From Phoronis australis (taxonomy: Eukaryota > Animalia > Phoronida), in contig NMRA01000032.1 in assembly GCA_002633005.1 (NCBI GenBank), positions 1,500,672 to 1,564,671 on the forward strand: a stretch of DNA of 64,000 nucleotides, given 5' to 3'. The position numbers were made by a program, and so were the translations under genes. Positions 39,402 through 52,373 of the stretch are shown piece after piece; within the stretch, counting starts at the first letter, position 1; each line of letters starts with the position of its first letter. A model generated the notes under the pieces. The model saw nothing but the letters and a program-made list of their open reading frames with translations, was not told the origin of the DNA and did no database searches.

Positions 39402-41091
39402 AAGGTAAACGGCGGGGTATGGAAAATTGAACTAGACCGTATTGATCCACCTTGGCTGAGACGCGCTCGGCTCATGCTCAAAGGGATGCCACCAAGCTGC
39501 TCTATTCATCGAGTCACCAGCGAGGATAATTGACTTCGCTCAGGCGGATATGATCAGCTGATTACAGTCTAGCCTAACAACTGTACTTTTTATGGAGAGA
39601 ATTTTACGTAGTTTTTACTGTAATATTTGAAAAGAGGAGCGAAAACAAATATGAGTACAACTTTGAATTTTTCAAATCGGCCCAGGATAAGAGATTTTGC
39701 AACACAGCCACACTCACGATTACTTTCATTCGGCGCGCACTAATACAAAAATATAGGACCCAAGTTATTTAGATTTTGGAACACATGCATTGCAATATTC
39801 AAAATACTTTTATTATGAATCTTACAAGCTGTAAAACGACGTTGTTAATTTCATTGTGTTCATTCATTGTCATCCGTCAAATCGGCAATTTCCGAGATGT
39901 GATCTGCGGCGTGCGCGTATGTGTACAAAACACGTGATTGTTATGTTCCTGGAGTACGAAAATTAAGAAGGCTTTAACATGCCGTTATTATTGACAGGGA
40001 CACGATAAAACGAATTTGGATTTTGACTATAGTCTTGATACAGCGATCTGACTGACCACTGCGTCAGTGTCTCCGTTAGACCCAGAAATTTCACACAGCC
40101 CGGGTAGTTCATTTCGTCCCCAACATGTAGATCGAGCCTTGGACTATTAATACTCCACGGCAGAGCTAACGACAGTCGGCCTGTGCACACAAAATCTGTG
40201 AGTTAACCAGCACTCACCTTGCACGTTACAGCCGTTTAAGTGAAAAACAATCTAGTAAACGCCATTTTCTTGCATAATCCTCCGCCTTTTGTAACAAAAA
40301 AGTCTATCGTCGATGACCCGCACACGCACGCTCACTCACTCTCATACACAGACGACCTTCAAAACAAACGTCACGTGACAACAACATGTGTGTTCATCCA
40401 GAGATTTTTCTCTTGTTGTGGAGTACGATGTAGCGCACATTTGGACTTAATCGCAATTAATCTGGACTCCACATGAACTTTAAAAATTGTAAAACATCAG
40501 GAAGATTTCAGGTAATTTGTTGAGTCGAAACTATATTTTTATTCAAGAGTACAAGTTTTCCTATTGACGATGGCGATTCAGCGGCGACGCATCAGTCGGC
40601 AAGTTTTCGCCCTGTGATGAGCACAATTTTTTGAAAAATTATCGTAATTTAACAACGGAAGTTCATAGCAATGCACCACAATTTTGTAGAAAGACTGTCA
40701 TAGGCTAAAAATTCGTCACAAAGCGTAAATTTTATGAATCCTAGCTTCCGATTTTACCCGTTTGGGAAACCGGCTTTCAACTGCCGTAGGCTACAATAAG
40801 AATCCCCTCCCCGTGAAATGATTTTTTCTAAGCGTTTATTAGAGCCAATACAGTATACAGCTTTCCACCAAGGCTAGGTGATACTACGACATTATTCTTT
40901 GTTGCATTAGTAACTGGTCTTGGCTAATATTATCATTTTATGGCCTGGTCATCCATTCAGCCAAAAGTAGTTCCAGAGGTGGCTTATCAGCCAATTATTC
41001 ACGCATGCTGACTCACAATAGAAGCCTGATAAGAGTGAAGGTGGATAAATGCAGTGTTCCTACAGTTTCTTGTTTTAGTGGATGTGTTCAC
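39402..41091. mobile_element. ~1.6-kb repeat element, copy 2
   Basis: Reverse complement of 25679-27290. It begins at TTAAGGTAAACGGCGGGGTATGG. Confidence 0.85.
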
Positions 41092-41916
41092 GACATGATG
41101 TGAACGTGAAATAGGTTGAAAATTGCTAACTGTTTTTAAGAACAAGTTTTGTGGCGAAAATGATCCGTTGCAAATCACTGTTTAAACCATGTAAGTAGCA
41201 TCATGACGTGGTGCTGGGGAATAACACGGCATGATGCATGCTATGTAAGCCCATGAGGTAAGTCATTAGTGGAAAGATCACCTATTTGCCAGAAACTTTT
41301 GTTTTCACATAACACGAATGCAAATTGTTTACCTAAGATTCTGTAAGACTAACATTGTCGTTTAGCTCCTCCTAAACATTAACATAGGAGCACGCAATTT
41401 TTTAAAGGGGATGCTTCCAGAATGAGGTTCTTGGAAAAACGTAAGGCTTTCACTTTCCAGACTAAAATACAGTATACACCCATGAATCATCCACTCATAA
41501 GGCTTTCACTTTGCCAGACTAAAATACAGTTGTATCATCTACTCGCAGCATTATAAATACAGTTTACATCCATGGACCATCAACTCGCTGCATTATCACG
41601 TTGTATTGACTGGAACACAGTGCTCACTTTGAGTAACGTTTCAGGTTCATTTGACAACATTTGCACAACTGCTTTATTCAATCATAGGCTCTAATACCAG
41701 TATATTGATATCAAAATGTATACTCTGGCAAAATGATTATTAGAAACCTTAGAGCAACAGTCAGTTGAAGTAAAGGTTAAATGACATCTGATCCACTGAT
41801 GTGTAGTCACTGAATTCAGTATACAAACAAAACGCTTGAACAGTGTTTCAACCTTGACATTATATAAGACATAACAAAAGGTCATAACAACCAAAGAATT
41901 ACCAAAGATTACATAC

Positions 41917-41965
41917 CTGTGGCCGTGGAAGGATCAGTGCTGGTTGAGGCCACACCTTCAGGAAT
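41917..41965 (-). CDS. Roco gene linker exon
   Basis: ttttgttttccag| IPEGVASTSTDPSTAT G|gtatgt. 49 nt, phase 0 to phase 1, compatible with both neighbouring exons. Confidence 0.72.
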
Positions 41966-42518
41966 CTGGAAAACAAAAATTTAATGTTTGGGGAGAATAT
42001 AGCAAAACTCTTCATGTTTTATCAGTTAGTTGATAAAAAATATAAATGGGTTCTACTTCACTGGTTCACTTGCAGCAATGAACTGGCTCACTTCATATGC
42101 AAGAAAGGTTATACAAAAAGAATCAGAAAATGACTTTATTGTCGTGCTTTGAAGGAATATAAAATGTATAACCAACAAAAAGTGACAACTACTGAAAATC
42201 ACGGTACCAATTCAGCTTGCACCATTTACTATGCACAAAAACATATTACAGCAAATTGTCTCCATATTATCTCCCTTTCGAGATGTTAACAACCACTCCT
42301 TGTTATACAATATGATATTATATGAAGGAAAGCATAATTTAACATGAAGTTTGGTCTTCTAAAATGACTACAGGGCAGTTGCTGCTTATTGTAGTCTGGC
42401 TTAAACTCACGGCTGGGATTACACAGTTGCTAAACTTACAATAAATATTCTGTTAGACAATCAAGTCACTCGGTTTATTTTCACTAGTTGACGAGTTCAT
42501 AATTTCATTTTGACAAAC

Positions 42519-42607
42519 CTTAGGCGGAATAATGCCAGCTTCTGTGTCCATGGCAACGGCAGATTTTCTTTCGCCTAACAACGATGGATTTGACAAACTT
42601 ACAGCAT
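42519..42607 (-). CDS. Roco gene linker exon
   Basis: atttcag|AT.. (D)AVSLSNPSLLGERKSAVAMDTEAGIIPPK |gtttgt. 89 nt, phase 1 to phase 0, which is needed to link 49246 to 41965 in frame. Confidence 0.68.
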
Positions 42608-43559
42608 CTGAAATTTAGCACCGACATATAGTTAAGTATGATGAAAATTGACCGTTAGATTAGGAATTTGAAAATTCAGACCAAACTGAAGCAGTGAAAG
42701 AGCAAAAATTAGGGAGCTTAATGCCAACTAAGGCCACTATTCTTTTAGTATGAGACATAATGGCACCGAACTGGCTTGAAGAGATAGAGGAACGCTGAGT
42801 ATGATCCAATCACATTGCCGAGCTTATGTATCCACCTACCTTTGGACAAAGTATAACCAACACTGATTCTTCTAACAAATTAAGTTGAAAACTGAAATTG
42901 CACGTCTCAAAGATACGATACAGCAGCGTATGTTTCAACTTTCAAAACCTGAGATTTTTTAAAATTTTTTAATTTTTCTTGTAGCAAAAAACATATTTAT
43001 AAAACATATATACATAGCAAGTGTGCACACTGAGTCACAAATAACAGTACTAAATATCATGTATGATAGGTACAACAGAGATTCTAAATAAAGTATGCAA
43101 GATCTTAACACTTAGTTATGTGTCGCTCCAACACAAAATTTTGTTCACAAAATAATCAAGTAATCAACTTTACAATAATGTATATATATACATAAGGAGA
43201 AATTTAAAGAAGCTATGCTTATTTTTGATAACTTAAGGGTTTATATCATACAATCTGAGATCTTATAATTAGCATTAACTAATGCAACGATCCATGAGCC
43301 ATAGTTTATTGTTAAGAAGACAACCTCCCACACAGTATTTGACATATAAAGGCAAAAATACAAACGTGAGGTAGATGTACCGGCAATATTCGAAGAACCA
43401 GGAATTGTACCACCTTCTGCTGAGAAGCATTTCTTTACCTAGAACACGATTGATAAAAAAGTTTACCAATAAGCACAAAATTTACTTCTGAATGACTAGT
43501 ATCGTATTTGGAATACAATCCGTATATCATTAAAATCCCCTTGTAAGAAAGAGAACTGA

Positions 43560-46500
43560 GCTGAGCAATGAACAGTGTTGAAATGAATGCACTCACGGTG
43601 TGCTTATAGGGGTGTTTACTGGCAACACAAAATAAACACTAAGTTTACTGCTATGCATCAGGTCAAATCCATCCTAAATAGAAAGATGCTATCACCATCA
43701 TAACACAAAATTGTTTGTCAAATTTTAATCAAAACTGCCAAAGAACTCTGAAGATACAAAGGCAAATACAAAAACAAAAATTGCCACTGGGGGGTACAGA
43801 CATAGTGAGAACCGTCCAAGTCATAACCACTGTCGTAGTCACAATTATAGTATAGCCAATTTAAAGTTTCAAAGTCACCACAATCGTTGAAACGAATTTC
43901 TGGGAAATTATTGCGTGACTTTAATACTCGATGCAGGATTTTTCACAGGTGGTCAAATCGAACACTTGCATAATTTCCCAAAGATCCTTCAAAAGGAGCA
44001 AGAAGATACAGCCAATGATGCAGAAAAGACAAAATCATCACCAGTAGGTGCCACAGTTGTCACTTTCATGCAAAAATCAACGTCTTTTCATCGCCAACAT
44101 ATATCTTTCAAGCTTTTTTAAGCAGTTCAGTGGATAAAAAGGCAGATGCCAAAAACAAGATGCAAAAATAGCCACTATGTGGTGTATATCAAATACATCG
44201 AATCCATACAGGAATGAAGGACTACGATCATCACCTAAATGAAGGCTATACTTGCTGAATTTCACAAAAATCCATCGATGAACTCTGAAAATACAGAGGC
44301 CAAAGTAAAAAAAACTAAAACTGCCACTATTGGCACAGTGGTAGTACAAAGGGTCTGAAATTCATCATAACACGCCATCTCCATAGAAACATATCCGCCA
44401 AATTTGACAATGATTCTACAGAGGGTTAACGAGACACAGCCCACATGTGCAAAAATGCCACCAGCTGGTGCTAAAGTAGTCGAATCTATTTGAATATCTA
44501 TGTCAGTCGTGGCCTTCTCATCAGAAACACATCTGCCAATTTTCACAATGAATTTTCAAATGAATTGGCAGTTGAGAGGCTGAGGCCAAAAATGGACCCA
44601 AAACTGATAAAATTACTCAATAGGAAGACATTGTTGCCAGCTTTAAATAGAAATTATTCATTTGCAAATTTTCATGCAAATACATCCATGAATTGGGAAG
44701 ACACACAACTCAAGAAAATGTAATAATAAATTTGCAACTAGGCGGCACACTAATCAACAGAATGGACTTAAACTCATCAGCCACAGGAACACATCGGCCA
44801 AATTTCAAAGTGTTCTTGAGAAGGGTTAAGGACGCAAAAAAACATTAGAGGGTGCCAGATTTGTCGAACACATCCGAAAATGAACGTCAACTGCTGTCTC
44901 CTCAATTTTTACAATGATCCTTCAAGCGGTTTATCAAAACCAGACTTGAAAACTTTAAAAAAACGACTGCTAGGTGGCGCAGAATGACCAAACACATCCG
45001 GAAATGGAAAGGTGTTGTTGCCTTCATAATGGAAACCTATCTGCCAAATTTCATGAAAATTCATCCAAGAATTAGGAAGATAGAGCGTAAAGTGCGAAAA
45101 AATAAAATTGTCACTACAGAACATGGGAGGTCAATCCGAAAATTCGACAGTATGTCATCAGCTTCATATCGGCACACATGCCAAAGATTTTCCAATGAGT
45201 CTAAGCGATACAATAGCAGACACCGACACCCGGACACCCAAGGATGACATCAATGTGCAACCACATTTAAAGATAACAAGAGCAACGTGGTGTGTTGAAA
45301 TGTGCCTACGAATGCACTGCAAATGGTGTGCTAATCTAGGAGTGTTTATTTGGAACATAAAAATGGCCACTACATGGAGCAAAATGCACCGAATTCATCA
45401 TAAACAGGTATGTGACACCAAGGCTATTTCATAAAAATCCATCAAGGAACCTCTGAGAAACCAAACAAAACGGAAAAAATGGAATTGCCACTAGGAGGCT
45501 ATAGGCGCTAAAAAACATCAACCACTAAGAGGCGTCACAGAAGATGACGGGGTCGGAAAATCATCAGACTTCCTTTTCCCCTTTAAGGAGCATACATGAC
45601 AATTTCCACAACCATCCTAAGAGTGGTAACTGTTGACAGAGGGGCAGACGCCAAATAACAAGATTCAAAAGCAGTAAAGTACCACAAATCAAACTGAAAA
45701 CCCGAGGATAGCATCAACACACTAATAGATGCCTATCTGCCAAATTTTATGAGAATCTGTTGGGGACCTTTGAAGATACAGATTAATGCGGAAGTAAATA
45801 AAAAAAAATTTAAAATTGCCATCAGGGGGCACACCAGTCACCGTCGTCCTTTGTCAACTTCATAAAAATACAATTGCTTAATTTAAAACAGATCTTGTAG
45901 AGCATTTAGGAGATACCGCCATGGGTGCAAAAACAACCAAAACTGCCATCACTAAGCGCCATAGTAACCAGGGCTTGGAATGACCAATGACAAAAAACGC
46001 GGAAACTTTGAAATTTTTACGGCCCAAATCATGCCCGATAACCAGCCTTGAATTCGTCAATGTGAACCTTTCCCCGACAAAAATCAGGAAGACTAAAAAA
46101 AAAAAAAAAACGTTACCACCATCAGTAGCATGCGTCTGCGTCCTTTTAGCTCGCCCGTCCACTCCCAACCCACACATTTTTGGCTGCGGAGCGGTAGTAT
46201 TTGTCGCCGTGCTTAACAATAACATGAGACGCCATTGAAAATCCCACCACGCTGTCCCAGGTGCCCCGGCAATGTTGACAATTTACGTTCCTCCGAAACA
46301 TAAAGAGCAACTTCCGCTTTTCGACGTGAACGTCGTCTGCAACGCCGCGGTAAGAAAGGAATTTGCCGCGGAAATTTTATATCAAATCCGATTTTTTTAC
46401 GTGGAAATATTATAAAAAAGCGGAAAGCACATTTGAAAATAGCGGAAATCCGCGTTTCCGCGGAAAATTCCAAGCCCTGAGTAACCGATGTTCGAAAATC

Positions 46501-47670
46501 ATCATCAGCCATTCTTTTCATAGTAAGAACATACACGCCATTTTGCACAATCATCCTTAGATTGGTTTGGTTGTTAGAGGGGCGGATGCCAAAAAAGGAC
46601 TCGAAAATAGTAAAATTGACCACTAGATGACGCAAAATGCCTCGAATCCATCCGAAAACAGGTGGATAGCGTCAATTTATTAAAGATGCTTAGGTGCCAA
46701 CTTTCATGAAAATCAGTTGAGGACCTTGAAGATACAGAGGCAAACTAAAATTGCCACTTCGGGGCACAGCAGTATAATGGTTGGTCTGAAACTCGTTGCC
46801 CTCTGTCATCATCCCCACAGGAACACACCTGCCAAATTTCAATGAGATCCTGCAAGGGGTTTAGGAGATACAGCTGCAGACGCCGGACGCCTAGACAGAG
46901 ATAACGGCAATATGTGACCACAAATAAATACCGTGTGGGCGCACAATAAAGATACTGCAGAGCTAAGTGATAAAGTCATGGGCGTAAAAAAAACTGTCAC
47001 TAGGAGGCACCACAGTTGTCGAGGTCATCGGAATATCATCCTCAGCCCTCCTGACACGTCCAAAAGTCGTTGTCCTCTGTTGTCAACTTCATGTAAATAC
47101 ACCAACAAAATTCATTACAGATCCTGTATAGCATTTAAGAGATACAGCCATGGGCACAAAAACAAACAAAACTACTACTCGGAGGCACCACAGTAATTGA
47201 AGTCATCATTGTCAGTTGCCCCCTTCACAGTAAGAACATAATATGCCAAATTTTAAAATCATCAATAGAGCGGTTTGGTTGATTCCAAAAACCAGACTTG
47301 AAGACAATAAAAATGGCCACTAGGTGGTGCAAAGTACCTCGAACCCATCCGAAAATATGGGAGGATGGCATCATCTCTTTAATAGATGACGAACTGCCAA
47401 ATTTTATGAACATCCGTTGAGGACTAGGAAGATACAGAGGTACGCATGAAAAACTAAAATTGCCACTAGGGGGCACACTGGTAGTCGAAGAGGTCCGAAA
47501 TTCGTCGTCATTTGTCGTTAGCATCATAGAAACACATCTGCCAAATCTCAAGATCCTGTGAGGCGTTTAGGAGATACGACTACGGACACCGAATGCCAGA
47601 CGCCTGGACGCCCAGATAGACATGATAGCAATATACGACCTCATATAAATATTATGTGGGCACATAATAA
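43560..47670 (+). mobile_element. Cluster of tandem HINE-like elements of the 35531 family
   Basis: Head at 45275 (AACAAGAGCAACGTGGTGTGTTGAAATGTGCCTACGAATGCA), repeated GCCACTAG motifs, and GGAC-type tails with GTGGGC ends at ~45230, ~46940 and ~47665. Confidence 0.6.
45969..46479. mobile_element. hAT-like MITE with perfect 13-bp TIR and 6-bp TSD, nested in a HINE
   Basis: AGTAAC|CAGGGCTTGGAAT .. ATTCCAAGCCCTG|AGTAAC. Confidence 0.8.
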
Positions 47671-49245
47671 TCAGTTGTACACTCACTGCAAGACAAAACT
47701 AATCAAACAAAATACTGTTTCCCCGTCATGATAGTAATAACCATAAAAGCGGTAAAAATCTGATTAAAGAATTGTTTACTTCGAGCCACCATACAAACTT
47801 TCTGTTCATTTCCCTTCATTCTTGGTGACCATGAGAAAAGACTACTCTCACGATAAATTTTACAATAAATTCCACCAATTAAGCCCTTATGACAGAGAAT
47901 TTCTGGTCATTTTGTTACTTTTGACCTATACAGCATGTCATGATAGAGTTGGAACACAAATCTGGTGCATGTTATCATACATTTTTAAGTGGTTGACCGA
48001 TTCATTAGTAGAAATAGAATTGGTTATTTACGTGTGGACGTAAAAGTTCGCAGAATTATGTCTTCCGACACAACTTTACAAACATTAGGGACATTACGGG
48101 AACTCTGATACTTAAAATATTCTGCAATGATTTCACCACACCACATACCGTCTTTAAAATACAAAGGGGACAGGCACATTAAGGATTTCAAACTGTAATC
48201 TAACACACCTTGAGAAGAATAATTATGCACTCAATTTTATCTGCCCAAAAGTTACCTCGACCTGCTTAGTGCGACACTGCAAGGTAGGACAATGCAAAAA
48301 CAAATCCAACAAGCAACGAACATTACAAGTCATGAAAACTAGAATCGGAAATCAATCCTAAAACAGTCCAGTATTGGCTAGAAAACTAGAGCGTTTATAA
48401 AAAACTAGTGCAGTTTAAATTACTTCTTACTTTTCGCTGACAAATGTCAAAACCTTTCTGTGCCTCAAACAGCTGTCCTTCAGTTGGTACAGAAAAGGGA
48501 CCTAAACACAAATTAAAACCTTACGGTCATGGTCATATTTAAATTTGTCGATACACGCGTTTAATTTCTTAAACAGGCTACAAGACATTTACAACTTCAT
48601 GACCTTTACTAAATTATTAAAGTTAGAGAATTAAGAGGGAGAATTTGGAACTTCTCAAAGGTCACATACAAGTCACAGAAAAAATGTTTTGTGTAAGCCC
48701 TCGACCCAAATCTTACTGCTTGACAGTTTAGCAACTTGATTAAAACTAGACTTTTGATTTCAACCACTTCCTTTGCCATACTACTGAGATCTGTTTTATG
48801 AAAAATGATTTAAGATAGAAATTTGGTCTCATGCTCAACATAACTATTTCTGAAATATACTTAACACTCGTGTTATATCCATAACTGTTGTTTACTGAGA
48901 AAATTTGTACAATTATTTAAGTCACTTTTCATGAAACAGACTTATCAGGATCCTCTATACTTGGATATAATGACAGTTCACTTTTCCATGACAATATAAT
49001 TTGGCAAATATAATGGCCTTTCATGACAAGCCAACTCCACAATTCTAAGGTCTTTCCAAGCACAGAAATTACATCCACTTTGAGATAGAATCGTCAAGAC
49101 ACTTAGAATTGGTGCTCTAAATCATCCAATTAAAGTCCTCTGAACTTATCGCAACAGGTGGCCATATTTTTCTGTACATACACTTCAAAGTCAGTTCTTC
49201 ATTTACTAGATAACTTGATGAATAGTGACTTTATTAGTGTATTAC

Positions 49246-52200
49246 CTGGTACAACCTCATCCACTTTTAGAACCCCTTCATCACTGTTGTCACACGGTAG
49301 GAATTCTTCATCAGACAGAAAGTTTTGCAGATCATGTGCTGGATACAAAGTAGGTTCAGCGACTTCAGAGCATAGACAATGAGGACAAACATAGAAGATG
49401 TCATATGAAGCTCCCGGCCACTTAATTACTAAAAGACCAACAACTGCGTGGTATGCTTTCATCAAACTAGGCCACAACGACTTATTAACTTGTTCACCCC
49501 GCACTGCAAGTCGTAGAATGACATCGTCATTAACACGTACTTTGGACATCCTTATCTTGTCGTGACCTTTGTGGAAGTAAACACCATTTTTCCATGTCAC
49601 AACATCCCGCAAAAATGGTCCAAAGCACTGATGCACCCTAACAATGGCCAGCTCAAAGAAAGCTTCAGGACACTGCCTTGAGAAATGAAACTCGATTTGG
49701 TACTGATGTTTGCCTGGCTTCTTTGGCCACTTCACTTTCATCTCGTCAGGCTGGTCATTGGCAAGGAACCATGGAAAGCAAAGAATGATGCCATGGTCTA
49801 TTTTGCGAACAGGGAAACATAGACAGAATTTTTCCAGGAGATGTAACAAAGTGTCAAACAAAGATTCATCGCTCACATGTCGCTTCACGAGACACTGCAG
49901 AAGATCCGTTGAAATGAGACCACACTTCAAGAAATCCTCTTTTGCTTTCTTGAAACCTTTGTTGGTGAAAGTTGTGAAGTCAAAATTTTGATTACTCTGA
50001 TCCAGTTGACTATCCATGTTATGATGAAAAATGCCTTTCAAAAACTCAACAACAAAATCAGGTCGATGGAAGACATACCCTTTAAGCTGATCATCATCTT
50101 CAAACCATAAGTAATTTCCACACTGATGTTGATACGAAAGTAACACTGCAGCAGTGTGCTGAATATCATCTGTAGGCAACTCACGAACAGTGAAACCTCG
50201 ACGCGCAATTTCATAGAATTTCTCGAGCTCTATGCAGGGTTCATCACTCTGCTCATCCATGATGTCTTGTATTGCAAGCCATAAACCAGGCAATGTTGCT
50301 GCCTTTTTGTCACAAACTGTAAGCAGTTGAGACTTGAATTCTGGAATACCATGCAGAGAATTTGAACTCGTCACAAAGATGTCGTCAATTAAATTGAAGT
50401 TTGACCGCAGTGATTCCAAGTGCCTTTCCTTGCTCTTGCGAATGTCTTCAAGGTATCGAACGTAACCATGGAACTTTGTTTTGTCATCATACTGGTTCAT
50501 TGTCAAGATGATTCTTCCCCGTTGCGCTTCAACATCAGAGATCATCCTGCGATGTTGATCTTTGATGCGACCTAACAAGTCCTTCTTCTTTCTCTCAATC
50601 TCCTCTTCAGCACAACAGTCACTGTGAGTTCCAACAACAATCACAGTAGACTTCCACGACATGGCCATTAATGTACCCAGCCACCGACCGGCGAAATTCA
50701 CATAGTTGTCGTCATCATACCGCGACAAATCCACAACTAATGAAGCAATTACTTCAGACGTCAAAAAGAATGTATGAGCCAACTCATAGACATGGTGGCC
50801 ACCGAAGTCCGTAATCTGTAATTGTAAATCATTGCTTACTTTCAAAAGGTATCGATCAAGGACACAAGTGCGGTCCGTAGGATCAGCTAAAGATGACTGA
50901 TTGTTTACCAATGTTCTAGCCAAGCTAGTTTTACCAGCTCCGGTCTCTCCCAGGAAGACCACCTGCTGTTTTCTGACCCTGCTTTCACTTTGTCGCAGAT
51001 CCTTGAAATACTGGAATATGGCCTTTACACCACTTTTGCATACTTCCATAGGTGGCCTTGTTAAAGGGTTACCATCAAGGCTCAACTTCTGAAGAGAATC
51101 ACACTGATCAATGTGCATTGGAAGTTGATGTAATGAATTGTTCTTTAAGTCAAGAACTCTTAGTTTCTTTAACTGGCATACTTCATCTGGGAGACTACAG
51201 ATGTCATTGTGTGCAAATCCTCTCATCTTATCATTGGACAGGTCAAGGTGCTCAAGCTGCTTCAGATTCCCTATACTGGGTGGAATAACTTTGATAAGTG
51301 TACTGCACAGTATCACCACTCTCAGTTTGGCACAAGTAACCAGTGAATCAAAGTCTCTGATCTGATTTCTTGATAAATCAATCTCTTCCAATTCACTCAG
51401 CTTCCTTACTTCAGTTGGAATACTCCACAACTTGTTACCTTGTAATGATACCTTTATCAGTTTGGCACAAGTTACCAGTGAATCAAAGTCTTTGATCTGA
51501 TTATTTGATAAATCAATCTCTTCCAATTCACTCAGCTTCCCTACTCCCGCTGGAATACTCCCCAACTCGTTACCTCGTAATGATACCTTTCTCAGTTTGG
51601 CACAAGTTACCAGTGAATCAAAGTCGCTGATGTGATTAATTGATAAATCAATCTCTTCCAATTCACTCAGCTTCCCTACGTGCTCTGGAATACTCCTCAA
51701 CTTGTTATCTTGTAATGATACCTTTCTCAGTTTGGCAAAAGTTCTCAGGGCATTAAAGTCGCTGATGCGATTATGTGATAAATCAACCTCTTCCAATTCA
51801 CTCGGCTTCCCTACGTGCTCTGGAATACTCACCAACTTGTTATCTTGTAATAATACCTTTCTCAGTTTGGCACAAGCTACCAGTGAACTAAACTCACAGA
51901 TCTTATTCAATGATAAATCAATCTCCTCCAGCTCTATTAAATTCACTACTTCAACTGGAATATTCACTAACTGGATGTCATGTATCACTAACCTTCGCAG
52001 TTTGATACATTGACAGACTGAAGTAATGTCTCTAGATATCTGATTGTGAGACAGGTTAACATCTTTCAATTCTGCCAGTGTTTTGATGTCAGAAGGTATT
52101 ACTGTAAGCTTGTTGAGAGACAAATCCAATGATTCTAGATGCGACAGCGAAAAAATGACTTCTGGAATATAAGTCAGTTCATTACTTGACATATCAAGGT

Positions 52201-52373
52201 TCACTACACTTTGACAAAGAGTCAGTCCCACAGGAACCTCCTTGCTCTTTAAGTTCAACAAACTCAAGCGCAGCTCTTGGCAAATTCCCAATTTCTGTAA
52301 CAGTTCTTGATCTTGACTTGAGTTGCCCAAAGCTGACAAACATTTTAATGCTTCAGGTCCAAACAACGCTCCC
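49246..52373 (-). CDS. Roco protein (MFHAS1/MASL1-like) main exon: LRR-ROC GTPase-COR
   Basis: 3128-nt exon between tttttacag| and CCAG|gtaat. It encodes about 17 LRRs with the LDGNPLTRPPMEVC cap, ROC motifs GETGAGKTS, DFGG and VGTHSD, and COR motifs YQHQCGNYLWF, VFHRPDF, FPWFL, WKNGV and CPHC. The full join from ATG 53627 is 3639 nt (1212 aa) and ends in a DED. Confidence 0.95.
51320..51965 (-). repeat. Coding tandem repeat: five 135-nt (45-aa, two-LRR) units
   Basis: AAATCAA(T/C)CTC recurs at 51375, 51510, 51645, 51780 and 51915. Confidence 0.95.
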
